Origin: a virus
IMG/VR virus record: IMGVR_UViG_647000328_000003
Location: 8,078 to 72,077 of that record
Direction: 5' to 3' (one strand)
DNA length: 64,000 nt
Below the pieces are notes generated by a model, which saw nothing but the letters and a program-made list of their open reading frames with translations, did not search any database and was not told the origin of the DNA. Each line of letters opens with the position of its first letter. Position 1 is the first letter of the stretch. Shown here piece after piece: positions 1 through 9,812 of this stretch. The translations under genes and the position numbers were made by a program.

Positions 1-672
1 CACCCGGAGCCGTACAAGAAGGTCTTCGACTTCGGTACCGCCGCCCACAAGCTGGTCCTCGGCGACGGCCCCGAACTGGTCCTCGTCGACGCGGCCCGGT
101 GGGACACCAACGAGATCAAGGCCCGCATCGTCAAGATCCGCGAGGCCGGGAACATCCCGCTCAAGAAGCCCGACCTGCAACGCGTCCACGACATGGCCAC
201 CGCCCTCACCGAGGACCCCGAGGCCGCGGACCTGCTGCACCCCGACAGCGGCATCGCCGAACAGTCCCTGTTCTGGCAGACCGGCAACGTGTGGTGCCGC
301 AGCCGCATCGACTGGCTCCGCGAGGACGGAATCGTCGACTACAAGACGGCCCGCTCCGCCCACCCCGACGCCATCGAGAAGGCGGTCGCGGAGCACGGCT
401 ACCACGTCCAGGACGACTGGTACCGGCGTGGTGCCGCCGCCCTCGGAGTCCTCCCGCGGGACACCCCGTTCCACTTCATCTTCCAGGAGAAGGAACCGCC
501 GTACCTCGTCACGGTGGCCCGCCTCGACCTGTGGCGGCACATCGGCCACCAGGTCAGCGAGCAGGCCCTTTTCCTCTACGACCACTGCCGCACGACCGGC
601 CAATGGCCCGGCTACACCACCGACGTCGCGTACATCTCGCCGCCCGCCTGGCTCGACCGCCAGTACGCCTAG
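1..672 (+). CDS. PD-(D/E)XK exonuclease VIII/RecE-like protein, 5'-truncated by the window
   Basis: Frame open from base 1 (HPEPYKKVFDFGTAAHKLVL); motifs CRSRIDWL, IVDYKT and GYHVQDDWY typical of RecE-like nucleases; adjacent to Sak4-like ATPase. Confidence 0.85.
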   Translation, partial: HPEPYKKVFDFGTAAHKLVLGDGPELVLVDAARWDTNEIKARIVKIREAGNIPLKKPDLQRVHDMATALTEDPEAADLLHPDSGIAEQSLFWQTGNVWCRSRIDWLREDGIVDYKTARSAHPDAIEKAVAEHGYHVQDDWYRRGAAALGVLPRDTPFHFIFQEKEPPYLVTVARLDLWRHIGHQVSEQALFLYDHCRTTGQWPGYTTDVAYISPPAWLDRQYA

Positions 673-681
673 GAGCACACC

Positions 682-1638
682 ATGACCCTTCCCGCACCCA
701 CCCGCATCGGCCGCCAGCAGGCCACCTCCGACGAATACGACGACGGCCCGTTCACCTTCCGGCCCGCCACGAAGGACGGCTTCAACGCCACCGTCGCCAT
801 CCAGGGCCCGTCTGGCTCCGGCAAGACGTGGACCGGGTTGTCCATCGCCAGCGGCCTCGCCGAAGGGGAGCGCTTCGCGGTCATCGACACCGAGCGCGGG
901 GCCGCAGCCCTCTACGTCAACGACCTGGGTGTCGCCTTCGACACCCTGCCCATGCACCGGTACGACCCGCGGGACCTCCAGAAGGCCCTCGCCGCAGCAG
1001 CCCAAGCCGGCTACCGAGTCGTGATGGTCGACTCCCTGTCCCACTTCTGGAAGGGCACCGACGGAACCCTCGACCAGGTCGAGAAGGCCAAGTCGAAGTA
1101 CGGCGGAAACAAGTTCGCCGGCTGGAAGGACGGCACCCCGCTCCAGAACGAAATGATCGAAGCGCTCATGTCGTACCCGGGGCACGTCGTCGTCACCATG
1201 CGGTCCTACGTGCACTGGGTCCTCGAAAACGGGTCGCCCGTCAACAAGGGCATGCGCGCCGAGCAGCGCAAGGGCATCGAGTTCGAGTTCGGCGTCGCCG
1301 CCGAGATGGACGAGAACAACCGGCTGCGGTTCATCAAGTCCCGCTGCCCCTCCTTCCGTGGCCTCGTCCTCAACCAGCCGCACGGTGCGAAGGACATCGC
1401 CAAGCCCTACCTCGACTGGCTGCGCGACGGCGGCAAGGAGACCGACCCGAGCGCCTGGATCGACGCCGCGAACGCACCTGACGCCACACCGGACGGGCTG
1501 CTCGCCCTGTACCGGGAGGTCGAAGCGGCCAGGGCCCTCGCCACACCGCTGCTGCACCCGGACACGGGGGCGCCGATCAGCCTCGGCGAACTCATCAAGG
1601 AGCGCGGTACCGCGCTCAAGGCGGCATCCGCCGCCTAA
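682..1638 (+). CDS. AAA-family ATPase, Sak4-like recombination/annealing protein
   Basis: Walker A GPSGSGKT, Walker B VVMVDSLSH; GGAG RBS; follows exonuclease. Confidence 0.85.
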   Translation: MTLPAPTRIGRQQATSDEYDDGPFTFRPATKDGFNATVAIQGPSGSGKTWTGLSIASGLAEGERFAVIDTERGAAALYVNDLGVAFDTLPMHRYDPRDLQKALAAAAQAGYRVVMVDSLSHFWKGTDGTLDQVEKAKSKYGGNKFAGWKDGTPLQNEMIEALMSYPGHVVVTMRSYVHWVLENGSPVNKGMRAEQRKGIEFEFGVAAEMDENNRLRFIKSRCPSFRGLVLNQPHGAKDIAKPYLDWLRDGGKETDPSAWIDAANAPDATPDGLLALYREVEAARALATPLLHPDTGAPISLGELIKERGTALKAASAA

Positions 1639-1650
1639 CTCACAGCCTCG

Positions 1651-1689
1651 GGGGCCGTCCCGCCCGCCGCAAACAGGCGGGGCGGCCCC
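1651..1689 (+). terminator. GC-rich stem-loop
   Basis: ggggccgtcccgcc...ggcggggcggcccc imperfect inverted repeat right after the stop codon. Confidence 0.5.
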
Positions 1690-1722
1690 ACCTTCCAGCA
1701 CACCACACGCCAGGAGGAACCC

Positions 1723-2643
1723 GTGAAGACTCTCATCGACGCCCCCGACCCCGAGCCGACCGGATCACCCTTCGACTCCATACGGCGCCTCCGGGAGGAC
1801 GGCGTGGAGTACTGGAGTGCGCGAGAGCTGATGCCCCTGCTCGGCTACAAGAAGTGGGAGCGCTTCGCTGACGCAGTCGAACAGGCTCGAAGTGTCATCG
1901 AGGCCGAGAATGGATCTCTTGCAGCAGAGCAGGAAGCTTCCCTGCAGCGGGAAGCTTTCGGCCGCACACGTCAAATCGGCGACAACTACTGGCTGTCTCG
2001 TAGAGCGTCCTACCTGACCGCGATGCGCGGCGACTCTCGCAAGCCGGAGATCAGGGCTGCACTCATCTACTTCGCGAACCGCACTCGCGAAGCTGAACTG
2101 GGCCACGCTTCGCAGTTCTCGATCCCGACGACCTTCGCTGGCGCTCTCGCTCTCGCGGCACAGCAGGCGGCGGAACTGGAGGAGACCCGCACCGAGGTCG
2201 CTGAGCTGGTCGCGACGAACGCCAAGCTTTCGCCGCGGGCAAGGGTGGCAGACAAGTACGAGGCTAACCCCGGGGTCAACCCGACGGTCTTCCACAAGAC
2301 GCACTTCACCGCCGTGCCGGAGCGGGACTTCTTCGAGCACCTGTACCGCAAGGACTACCTGATCGACCAGCGGAACTCCCGCTGGGACGAACGCAATGGT
2401 GAGTGGAAGGACGGGCCGGAACACCGCCACCCCACGGCCAAGGGCAAGCGGTACTTCTACCTCGCCCCGAAGATCGACCGGCGCGGTGTGCGACGCCAAC
2501 AGACCCTCGTCGTCCCCGGCGACGCTGAGCACGACCTGGTGGCCGCGCTGGAACGTGACGGCCTGCCTTCCCGGAACCGCCCTGCACTCCCCGGCTCCCA
2601 GGTGACTCAGCTCCCGCGCCGGCCGCTCGGTGGTGCGGCATGA
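1723..2643 (+). CDS. Phage antirepressor (Bro-N/DinD-like N-terminus, ANT/KilAC-like C-terminus)
   Basis: SPFDSIRR..EYWSARELMPLLGYKKWERF N-terminus; IPTTFAGALALAAQQ coiled-coil linker; GGAGG RBS before GTG. Confidence 0.8.
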   Translation: MKTLIDAPDPEPTGSPFDSIRRLREDGVEYWSARELMPLLGYKKWERFADAVEQARSVIEAENGSLAAEQEASLQREAFGRTRQIGDNYWLSRRASYLTAMRGDSRKPEIRAALIYFANRTREAELGHASQFSIPTTFAGALALAAQQAAELEETRTEVAELVATNAKLSPRARVADKYEANPGVNPTVFHKTHFTAVPERDFFEHLYRKDYLIDQRNSRWDERNGEWKDGPEHRHPTAKGKRYFYLAPKIDRRGVRRQQTLVVPGDAEHDLVAALERDGLPSRNRPALPGSQVTQLPRRPLGGAA

Positions 2644-2978
2644 GCGCCACCGTGCAGCCCCTCCTCGACGGCACGTTCCCCGACCCGGTACAGCAGCAGT
2701 CCGCCGACTACGAGACGTGGCTGGCCGCCGTGTGGCCCGCCTTCATAGCCGCCGCAGCGACCGGACGGACCTTCACCTGCTACTCGGTGGCCGACGCCAA
2801 CAAGCTGCCCAACCCGCCGAACCCCCGGGCCCACTGGGGGCGCGTCATGCACCAGCTGCGCGAAGACGGCTACATCCGCCCCGCCGGATGGGCCTGCTCC
2901 GACCGGCCCACCACACGTCACAGCGGCGTCCGCACCTGGAAGGGCACCGCCGCGGCACGGCGGGAGGCAGCCGCGTGA
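2640..2978 (+). CDS. Hypothetical phage protein
   Basis: ATGA overlap with upstream gene; good codon bias. Confidence 0.75.
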   Translation: MSATVQPLLDGTFPDPVQQQSADYETWLAAVWPAFIAAAATGRTFTCYSVADANKLPNPPNPRAHWGRVMHQLREDGYIRPAGWACSDRPTTRHSGVRTWKGTAAARREAAA

Positions 2979-3172
2979 AGCCCCGACGCGAACACCGCCA
3001 GCGCGGCGAGCTCGGCACCCCACGCGAAACCGCAGCCGACCAATGGCTCGCCGCCATCCGCAACATCCCCGCAGCCCCCGACAACTGGGCCGGCACCGAC
3101 CTGGGCACCGCCAGACGCTGCGAAGACATCTGGAACGCACCCGCCAACAACGCCCGCGAGGAGGGCCGATGA
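2975..3172 (+). CDS. Small hypothetical protein
   Basis: GTGA overlap upstream and ATGA overlap downstream. Confidence 0.6.
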   Translation: MKPRREHRQRGELGTPRETAADQWLAAIRNIPAAPDNWAGTDLGTARRCEDIWNAPANNAREEGR

Positions 3173-4032
3173 CCACCGCGATCCGCAGGGAAGCCCCCAA
3201 CCACAACACCCTCACCTGCTACACCCGGTACAAGTGCCGGCTCCCCGAGTGCGTCGAACGCTACCGGGCCAACGAACGCGACAGGCGACGCCAGCACAGG
3301 CGGGGCGAATACCGGCGCCTCATCGACGCCGACCCCGTCCGGGAGCACGTGCAGCAGCTCCTCGCCACAGGCGCCAGCCCCCGAGCCATCGCGGCACGTG
3401 CCGACGTAGCAGACCGAGTCGTCCGCGATCTCCTCCCCGCCCGTCAGGCCGGAGCACGCACACCGCACAAGTACCGGGTCCTCGCCGACAACGCCGCCAA
3501 GCTCCTCGCCGTCACTCCGGACGACGTCGTCCCCCACTACGTTCCCGCCCTCGGCTCCGTCCGCCGCCTGCAAGCACTCGTCGCCGACGGCATGCCGATG
3601 ATCCACATCGCACCGCACGTCGACCTCTACCCCAGCTACATCAGCGGCCTGCTCTGGCGGGCAGACGAACTCGACAACCATCAAGTCTTCGGAACAACCG
3701 CCCTCGCCATCACCCGCGGCTACAACCACCTCAGCGGCAAGAACCCCCTGCGCCACGGCGCCACCCGCAAAAGCAAGGCACTCGCCCGTCGCATCGGCGC
3801 AAGCCGTAACTGGCCCACCAGCAAGTACTGGGCGCGCTTCCCCGACGCCATCGACGACCCCCACTTCACCCCCGAGTACAAGGTCACCCAGGCCGAGATC
3901 CTCGCGGAGGAGACCCGGTGGCTCATCGAAACCGCGGGCCTGACCCGAACGGAAGCCGCGGAGCGCCTCGGGAAGCACAGGTCGTACATCGACCGGGTCC
4001 TCGGCCAGGCCGACCTCAAGGCGGCGGCGTGA
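3169..4032 (+). CDS. Hypothetical protein with N-terminal Cys/His motif and C-terminal HTH
   Basis: HNTLTCYTRYKCRLPEC motif; C-terminal LTRTEAAERLGKHRSYIDRVL HTH; ATGA overlap. Confidence 0.75.
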   Translation: MTTAIRREAPNHNTLTCYTRYKCRLPECVERYRANERDRRRQHRRGEYRRLIDADPVREHVQQLLATGASPRAIAARADVADRVVRDLLPARQAGARTPHKYRVLADNAAKLLAVTPDDVVPHYVPALGSVRRLQALVADGMPMIHIAPHVDLYPSYISGLLWRADELDNHQVFGTTALAITRGYNHLSGKNPLRHGATRKSKALARRIGASRNWPTSKYWARFPDAIDDPHFTPEYKVTQAEILAEETRWLIETAGLTRTEAAERLGKHRSYIDRVLGQADLKAAA

Positions 4033-4583
4033 TTGCTACGCGGCCCGGTGCCGCCGCCCCCACCCGCTACTACCCGTCCACCACAGACACGTTCAACGGC
4101 GACCTTGACTACATCGCCATCGAACATGCCATGAACGGGGAGACGGTCACCCTCACCATGGCCGAGCGCATCGAAACGGCCCGGCAGCTGGTCGACCGCG
4201 GGTTCACCCTCACCGACGCCGCCCGCCGTGTCCGCGCCGACCGCAACACCATCGCCGCCTGGCAGAACAACAGCTGGGCAACACCCTCAACCGAGCCGGA
4301 CCCCGAGCCCATCAACATCGGCAACGCCCAGCACGGCCGCTCCGGCTACAGCAGAGGCTGCCGTTGCCGCACCTGCAAGGACGGGGCTTCCGCAGCCAAG
4401 CGCGCAGCAAAGCAGCGGGGGGGCAGCCGCATGAACACCTGCCTGACCGGCAAGCGCCGGTACCGCAACCGACTCGACGCCCGTATCGCGCTCGCCAACA
4501 CCCGGCGCCGCGACCGCGGAGAGAAGCGCGCCTACCAGTGCCCCGGCTGTCACGGATGGCACCTCACCAGCAAGCCCGCATGA
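4029..4583 (+). CDS. HTH/Zn-finger protein; apparently two genes read in frame across a G7 tract at 4417-4423
   Basis: GTGA overlap; HTH TLTDAARRVRADRNTIAAW; CRCRTC; internal ATG at 4431 begins a CLTGKRRY...CPGCHGWHLT domain. Confidence 0.65.
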   Translation: MIATRPGAAAPTRYYPSTTDTFNGDLDYIAIEHAMNGETVTLTMAERIETARQLVDRGFTLTDAARRVRADRNTIAAWQNNSWATPSTEPDPEPINIGNAQHGRSGYSRGCRCRTCKDGASAAKRAAKQRGGSRMNTCLTGKRRYRNRLDARIALANTRRRDRGEKRAYQCPGCHGWHLTSKPA

Positions 4584-4666
4584 CCGCGGGCGGGCCACCA
4601 CACGTGGCCCGCCTACACGCACGACAAAACCCCGCCGGGGCGGGGGAGGGAGGAGGAGACGTGACG

Positions 4667-4873
4667 TCAGTCCGAGTCGGGTCCGAGCAGCCGGCGCGTG
4701 AGGTCGGCTGCCTCGGCAGCCTTCTTCCGCTTCCATGCGGCTACTCGCTTCTTGGCGTGACGGCGCAGGTCATCGCCGCGCGAGGTGCCTTCCTCGTCGC
4801 ACAGCTGCCCGTACTCGGCCCAGGTCTCGTCATCGATCCGGACCATGCGGCCGGGCGTCCCCTTCGTCGTCAT
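4667..4873 (-). CDS. Ribbon-helix-helix (CopG-like) DNA-binding protein
   Basis: MTTKGTPGRMVRIDDETW beta-strand plus helices; divergent from methyltransferase. Confidence 0.65.
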   Translation of the reverse strand: MTTKGTPGRMVRIDDETWAEYGQLCDEEGTSRGDDLRRHAKKRVAAWKRKKAAEAADLTRRLLGPDSD

Positions 4874-4932
4874 GTCGACAGGGTAGCTGACCCTCTTCTG
4901 TCTACACACCCCGCGGCTCGGATTTCTCTGGC

Positions 4933-4959
4933 AGGTGTACTGACGGTGTCTGTACACCT
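4933..4959. promoter_or_regulatory. Inverted repeat AGGTGTAC-N11-GTACACCT, candidate RHH operator
   Basis: Perfect 8-bp arms in the divergent intergenic region. Confidence 0.55.
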
Positions 4960-5064
4960 TGCTACAGTCGAAGCACGCCGAGAGGCCGCGGAAACCAGCG
5001 GTCCCAAGGGCTTGGTTCCGTGCGCCGCAATCTGCGCGACACACCACACGAAGGGCGTCACTCG

Positions 5065-6477
5065 ATGACTCTCACGAACATCCGCACTCTCGCCGGGGAC
5101 ACCACCGACGGCTTCGCCGGAGCAGGCGGCTCCTCGGAGGGAGCACGACAGGCCGGTGTCACCGTGCGCACGGCGCTGAACCACTGGCGGCTCGCCGTTG
5201 ACGTCCACCAGGCCAACCACCCCGACACCGCCCACGACTGCGCCGACATCTCCCAGGTCGACCCGCGGCGCTACGCCACCACCACGTTCGCCTGGTTCTC
5301 CCCGTCCTGCACCAACCACTCCATCGCCCAGGGCAAGAAGCGCCACCAGGACGCCACCCCCGACCTGTTCGGCGAGATCCTCCCCGACGAAGCCGCGGAA
5401 CGGTCCCGGGCCACCATGTGGGACGTCATCCGTTTCGCCGAATTCCACGAGTACCGGGCGATCATCGTCGAGAACGTCGTCGACGCCCGCGAATGGATCC
5501 TCTGGCCCGCCTGGATCGCCGCGTTCCAGGCCCTCCGCTACCGGTTCAAGCTCGTCTGCCTCAACTCCATGCACGCCACCGCCCTCGGCGACGGCGCCCC
5601 CCAGTCCCGCGACCGCATGTACGTCGTCCTGTGGCGCGACGGCGAGAAGGAGCCGGACTTCGACAAGTGGCTGCGACCCACCGCCCACTGCACCAACTGC
5701 GACCGGGTCGTGCGGGCCGTTCAGGCGTGGAAGAACCCGCGGCGCCAGTACGGCAAGTACAAGACCCAGTACGCGTGGCGGTGCCCCACCGTCCGCTGCC
5801 ACGCCGAAGTGTTCCCCGCGGTCCGGCCGGCCTCCGACGCCATCGACTGGGCTCTGCCCGCACAGAGAATCGGCGACCGTGCCCGGCCGCTCGCCGAGAA
5901 GACCATGAAGCGCATCCGTGACGGCTTCACCGCCTACTCGAAGCCGCTCCTCGTCCCCGTCGAAGGGCGCGAGGGCAAGGTCGCCCGGCCCGCCGACCTC
6001 CCGATGCGGACGTGCACGGCACGCAACGAAACCGGCGTGACCGTCCCGCCGTACATGGTCGAACTCCGCGGCGGATCGTCGTCGCACCGGGCCGTATCCG
6101 AGCCGCTCGCCACCGTCTGCGCCTCCGGCAACCACCACGGCCTCGCCGTCCCCGACATGGTCGTCCCCTACTACGGCAACGCCAACGCCCGACCCACCAC
6201 CGAGCCGATCCCGACCGTCACCACCGTCGACCGCCACGGGCTCCTCGCAGGCGGCGTCGTCACCGCAGTCGAAGACCTCGGGTTCCGGATGCTGGAACCG
6301 GCCGAGTACGCCCGGGCCATGGAGTTCCCCACCTCCTACCTGTGGCTCGGCAACAAGCGCGAACGCGTCCGCATGGCCGGGAACGCCGTCACCCCGCCCG
6401 CCGCCCGCGACCTCTTCGCCATGGTCTCCGAAGCCATCCTCGGCACCTCCTACGAGCCGATCGGCGCCGCCGCGTGA
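5065..6477 (+). CDS. Orphan C5 cytosine DNA methyltransferase 1
   Basis: Motif I DGFAGAGG, catalytic SPSC, ENV, PQSRDR, motif X RMAGNAVTP. Confidence 0.92.
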   Translation: MTLTNIRTLAGDTTDGFAGAGGSSEGARQAGVTVRTALNHWRLAVDVHQANHPDTAHDCADISQVDPRRYATTTFAWFSPSCTNHSIAQGKKRHQDATPDLFGEILPDEAAERSRATMWDVIRFAEFHEYRAIIVENVVDAREWILWPAWIAAFQALRYRFKLVCLNSMHATALGDGAPQSRDRMYVVLWRDGEKEPDFDKWLRPTAHCTNCDRVVRAVQAWKNPRRQYGKYKTQYAWRCPTVRCHAEVFPAVRPASDAIDWALPAQRIGDRARPLAEKTMKRIRDGFTAYSKPLLVPVEGREGKVARPADLPMRTCTARNETGVTVPPYMVELRGGSSSHRAVSEPLATVCASGNHHGLAVPDMVVPYYGNANARPTTEPIPTVTTVDRHGLLAGGVVTAVEDLGFRMLEPAEYARAMEFPTSYLWLGNKRERVRMAGNAVTPPAARDLFAMVSEAILGTSYEPIGAAA

Positions 6478-6569
6478 CCATCCGCCCGGACCCCGCCCCC
6501 ACCTGACCCGACCGCGGGCCCCACACCGCAGCCGCCCGACCTATCCGTACCGCCAGGAAGAAGCTCATC

Positions 6570-7442
6570 GTGACCCTCGATGCCATGGACTGGGTTTGGA
6601 AGCACTCCCAGTCGAAGGGGAACACCCGCGTCGCGCTGCTGTACGTGGCGGACCAGGTGCGCACCTCTGCGGCAGAGGCACGTCTCGGCAGGCCGGAGCT
6701 CATGGCTGCCATGAACGCCACGAAAAACACCGTCCGAGACGCAATCGCGGACGCGTTGGAGCTTGGCGAACTGGAGATCGTGCAGCCGTCAGCTGGCCGT
6801 CGCGCGGCCCTGTATCGGCTTCCCGGGGCGGTTGGCTACTCCCGTAAGGGGTCAGATGTTGACCCTCTGGAGAACGGTAGAGGGTCAAAGGTTGACCCTC
6901 TACGGGGCGAGGACCCCTCCGGTAGAGGGTCAGATGTTGACCCTCTGGAATCCGTAGAGGGTCAAGTTTCGACCCCTAGAGGGTCAAAGGTTGACCCCCT
7001 TCCCCATCCCAGTAAAACGCTGGCTAGCAGCGAGCCGGAGAAGCTCGACGGGTTCCAGATCTGCCAGCCCCTCGTGCAGGCCATGACGGAAGCCGGCATC
7101 ACCGTCAGCTGGAGCATGAAGGCCGCTGACTGGTTGGACATCGCCACCGTCGTGCAGCGCGCTGGAGTTCCGGCCATGGTCGCGTTCGCTCGCGACGCCA
7201 AAGCAGCAGCGAAGCAGAAGCCTCGCTACGCCACCTTCTTCCTTCGCGGCGGATGGCGAGGACTGCCACCAGCAGCCAGCGTTCCCCCGCCCCGAGCCAC
7301 CCCTGCCGGAAAGCGCCCGCACTGCGGCCACCCGGACTGTGACCCGATCACCCGAACCCGCGAGATCGAAAACGACCGCAGACTCCGCAACCTCCACCCC
7401 TGCCCCGACTGCCACCCCACTGCGAAAGGCCAAGCCGCATGA
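6570..7442 (+). CDS. Phage replication initiator (N-terminal wHTH, internal iterons)
   Basis: N-terminal helical HTH region; central repeated GSxVDPL peptide encoded by DNA iterons; ATGA-coupled to dnaB (lambda O/P-like layout). Confidence 0.8.
   Translation: MTLDAMDWVWKHSQSKGNTRVALLYVADQVRTSAAEARLGRPELMAAMNATKNTVRDAIADALELGELEIVQPSAGRRAALYRLPGAVGYSRKGSDVDPLENGRGSKVDPLRGEDPSGRGSDVDPLESVEGQVSTPRGSKVDPLPHPSKTLASSEPEKLDGFQICQPLVQAMTEAGITVSWSMKAADWLDIATVVQRAGVPAMVAFARDAKAAAKQKPRYATFFLRGGWRGLPPAASVPPPRATPAGKRPHCGHPDCDPITRTREIENDRRLRNLHPCPDCHPTAKGQAA
6846..7000. repeat. Five ~23-bp palindromic iterons AGAGGGTCA-N4-TTGACCCTCT, probable lytic origin
   Basis: Copies at 6846-6868, 6879-6901, 6924-6946, 6956-6977 and 6978-7000. 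Confidence 0.85.
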
Positions 7443-8806
7443 CCGAGCCCTACTGGGAGCCCAACGTCGACAACCTCGACACCAGCGCCCCGCCGCACGA
7501 CCGCGACGCCGAAGCCGCCGCACTCGGCTCCATGCTCCTCAGCCTCAACGTCATCGACCCCATCGCCGCGGTCCTGTCCTCCGCCGAAGACTTCTACGTC
7601 CCCCAGCACCAGATCATCTACCGGGCCATCACCGACCTCTACAGCCGCACCCGCGACCCGAAGATCGACCCCATCACCGTCGGTGCGGAACTCCTCGCCA
7701 CCGGCGAACTCGGGAAGATCGGCGGCGCCCCCTACCTCCACACCCTCGTCGCGTCCGTCCCCACAGCCGCGAACGCCACCTACTACGCCGAGATCATCCG
7801 CGAACGCGCACAACTCCGAACCGTCCTCGAAGCAACCCGCCGCGCCACCCAGCGCGCCCTCACGGCCGCGCTGACCGCCCGAGAAATCCTCGACGCCGCG
7901 ATGGCCGACCTCCAGGCCGCCGCCACCGGCACCGCCACCACCAACGTGCGGCTCGCCGTCGCCGACCGATGGATGGGCTTCGTCGACGAACTCGAAGCCG
8001 GCACCGACCCGCGTGCCCTCGACACCCCCTGGACCGACCTCAACGACGTCATCGAGCTCAAGCCCGGCCAACTCATCACCGTCGGCGCCGCCACCGGAGG
8101 CGGCAAGTCACTCCTCGGCATGAACCTCGCCGCACACGTCGCCCTCACCCGCAGCAAGCCCGCCCTCGTCGCCTCCATGGAAATGGGCGGCAGTGAACTC
8201 ATGGCCCGCCTCACAGCCGCCGAAGCCGGGGTCGTCCTCGACCGGCTCGTCCGCCGCCAGCTCGAACCCGGCGACTGGGACCGCGTATTCAAAGCCGCAC
8301 CCCGGCTCCAGAACGCCCACAACTTCATCCTCGACGACTCCCCGAACCTCACCGTCGGGAAGATCCGGGCCCGCATGCGGTGGATGGCCGCCACCGGAAA
8401 CCCGCCCGCGATCGTCGTCGCCGACTACCTCCAGCTAATGACGCCCGAAAACAGCAAGCCCAACGCCAACCGGGCCAACGAAGTCGCCGAACTCTCCCGC
8501 GGCTTGAAGCTCCTCGCCATGGAGTTCGAGATCCCCGTCGTCGCTCTCGCCCAGTTCAACCGCGGCGCCGTCGGCCGCACCCCCCAGGTGTCCGACTTCA
8601 AAGACTCCTCCGCGATCGAGCAGGACTCCAACGTCATCGTCCTCATGCACCGCCCCCTCAACGACGACGGCACCCCCGACGACGACCGGGCCGGCGAAAT
8701 CGACCTCATCGTCGCGAAGAACCGCAACGGTGCCTCCGGGCGCATCGTCCCCCTCGTCTTCCAAGGCCACTACGCCCGACTCCGGTCCATGGGTCGCGGC
8801 ATCTAA
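7439..8806 (+). CDS. dnaB: Replicative DNA helicase
   Basis: N-terminal PPHDRDAEAAALGSML..EDFYVPQHQIIY; Walker A GAATGGGKS; VADYLQL; SSAIEQDSNVI; IVAKNRNG. Confidence 0.95.
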   Translation: MTEPYWEPNVDNLDTSAPPHDRDAEAAALGSMLLSLNVIDPIAAVLSSAEDFYVPQHQIIYRAITDLYSRTRDPKIDPITVGAELLATGELGKIGGAPYLHTLVASVPTAANATYYAEIIRERAQLRTVLEATRRATQRALTAALTAREILDAAMADLQAAATGTATTNVRLAVADRWMGFVDELEAGTDPRALDTPWTDLNDVIELKPGQLITVGAATGGGKSLLGMNLAAHVALTRSKPALVASMEMGGSELMARLTAAEAGVVLDRLVRRQLEPGDWDRVFKAAPRLQNAHNFILDDSPNLTVGKIRARMRWMAATGNPPAIVVADYLQLMTPENSKPNANRANEVAELSRGLKLLAMEFEIPVVALAQFNRGAVGRTPQVSDFKDSSAIEQDSNVIVLMHRPLNDDGTPDDDRAGEIDLIVAKNRNGASGRIVPLVFQGHYARLRSMGRGI

Positions 8807-8815
8807 GGAGCTGAC

Positions 8816-9562
8816 ATGCAGATTCAGGACGACTGGCGCAGCCACCCCATCGGCGAAGAGATCGTCACCGCCACCCACCAGCAGATCACCCGGGCCGGCC
8901 ACATCCCCGGCCAGCCCGGCGCGCTCGACGGCGACATGACCATCGAGGCACTCCCCACCTGGTACGGCGGCACCACGTTCAGGTCCGCCCTCGAAGCGTC
9001 CTGGGCCGCGACCCTCGACACTCTTCGCATCGCCTGGGAGTACGAGCCCGAGACCATCACCCTCCCGTCCGGCGCCACCTACATCCCCGACTTCAAGCTC
9101 CCCGAGATCGGGGCCTGGCTGGAGGTCAAGGGCACCGGCGTACCCCGAGTCGAAAAGCCCGTCGAGTTCGGCAAGTCGCTCTCCTGCGACTGCGGCATCT
9201 ACGACTGCGCCTGCCAGTGGCCCGGCGGCGAACTCGTCATCATCGGCCACCCGCCCCGGCCCTACGACCCCTGGGCCGACCCGCAGTTCGCCGACCTGGA
9301 AAACCTCAACTACCGGGCCATGGCCAACACCCGGCGGCGCCACGGCGGCCACCCCAACTGGACATCCACCCGCGGCCGGACCGCCTGGCTCACCCGGTGC
9401 GCTGACTGCAACCGCGGCACCTGGTTCGACTCCGCGCAGTGCCGTGCCTGCCGAGGCTCCCTCGCCGACTGCCACGGCTACCAGGCCGGCGACCCCGGCA
9501 TCGAGTTCCGGCGGATCACCGGGCCGAAACCCGCAGGTGACGACGATCCGGAGGCGGCGTGA
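8816..9562 (+). CDS. PD-(D/E)XK nuclease-like protein with C-terminal Cys motifs
   Basis: FRSALEASWA..WEYEP..YIPDF..WLEVKG catalytic pattern; GGAG RBS. Confidence 0.75.
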   Translation: MQIQDDWRSHPIGEEIVTATHQQITRAGHIPGQPGALDGDMTIEALPTWYGGTTFRSALEASWAATLDTLRIAWEYEPETITLPSGATYIPDFKLPEIGAWLEVKGTGVPRVEKPVEFGKSLSCDCGIYDCACQWPGGELVIIGHPPRPYDPWADPQFADLENLNYRAMANTRRRHGGHPNWTSTRGRTAWLTRCADCNRGTWFDSAQCRACRGSLADCHGYQAGDPGIEFRRITGPKPAGDDDPEAA

Positions 9563-9812
9563 TGCGCACGTTGAACCCCGACTCGCGGGGGACCGGTCTT
9601 GGAGCGGGGTGCGGGCGCGAGACCGCAGTACCCCCGTCGCGGCCCAGAACCGGGCCTCTCGCGGCCGAACAGGCGTCCAGCGCCCCGGAGCCCCGGCGGG
9701 GCGGAGAACGCCAGCGAGAGGCCCCGTCGCCCGCCTCGATTCCAGACGAACAGATTCCCGGGCAAACCGCCTTGGAACTCCGGCACATGCAACCGACCCT
9801 CTGGAGCCTCTG

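Noticed and set aside
8080-8115. DnaB Walker A variant GAATGGGKS as a sign of inactivation
   Set aside because: GxGKS core and all downstream helicase motifs are intact; such variants are plausible in phage DnaB
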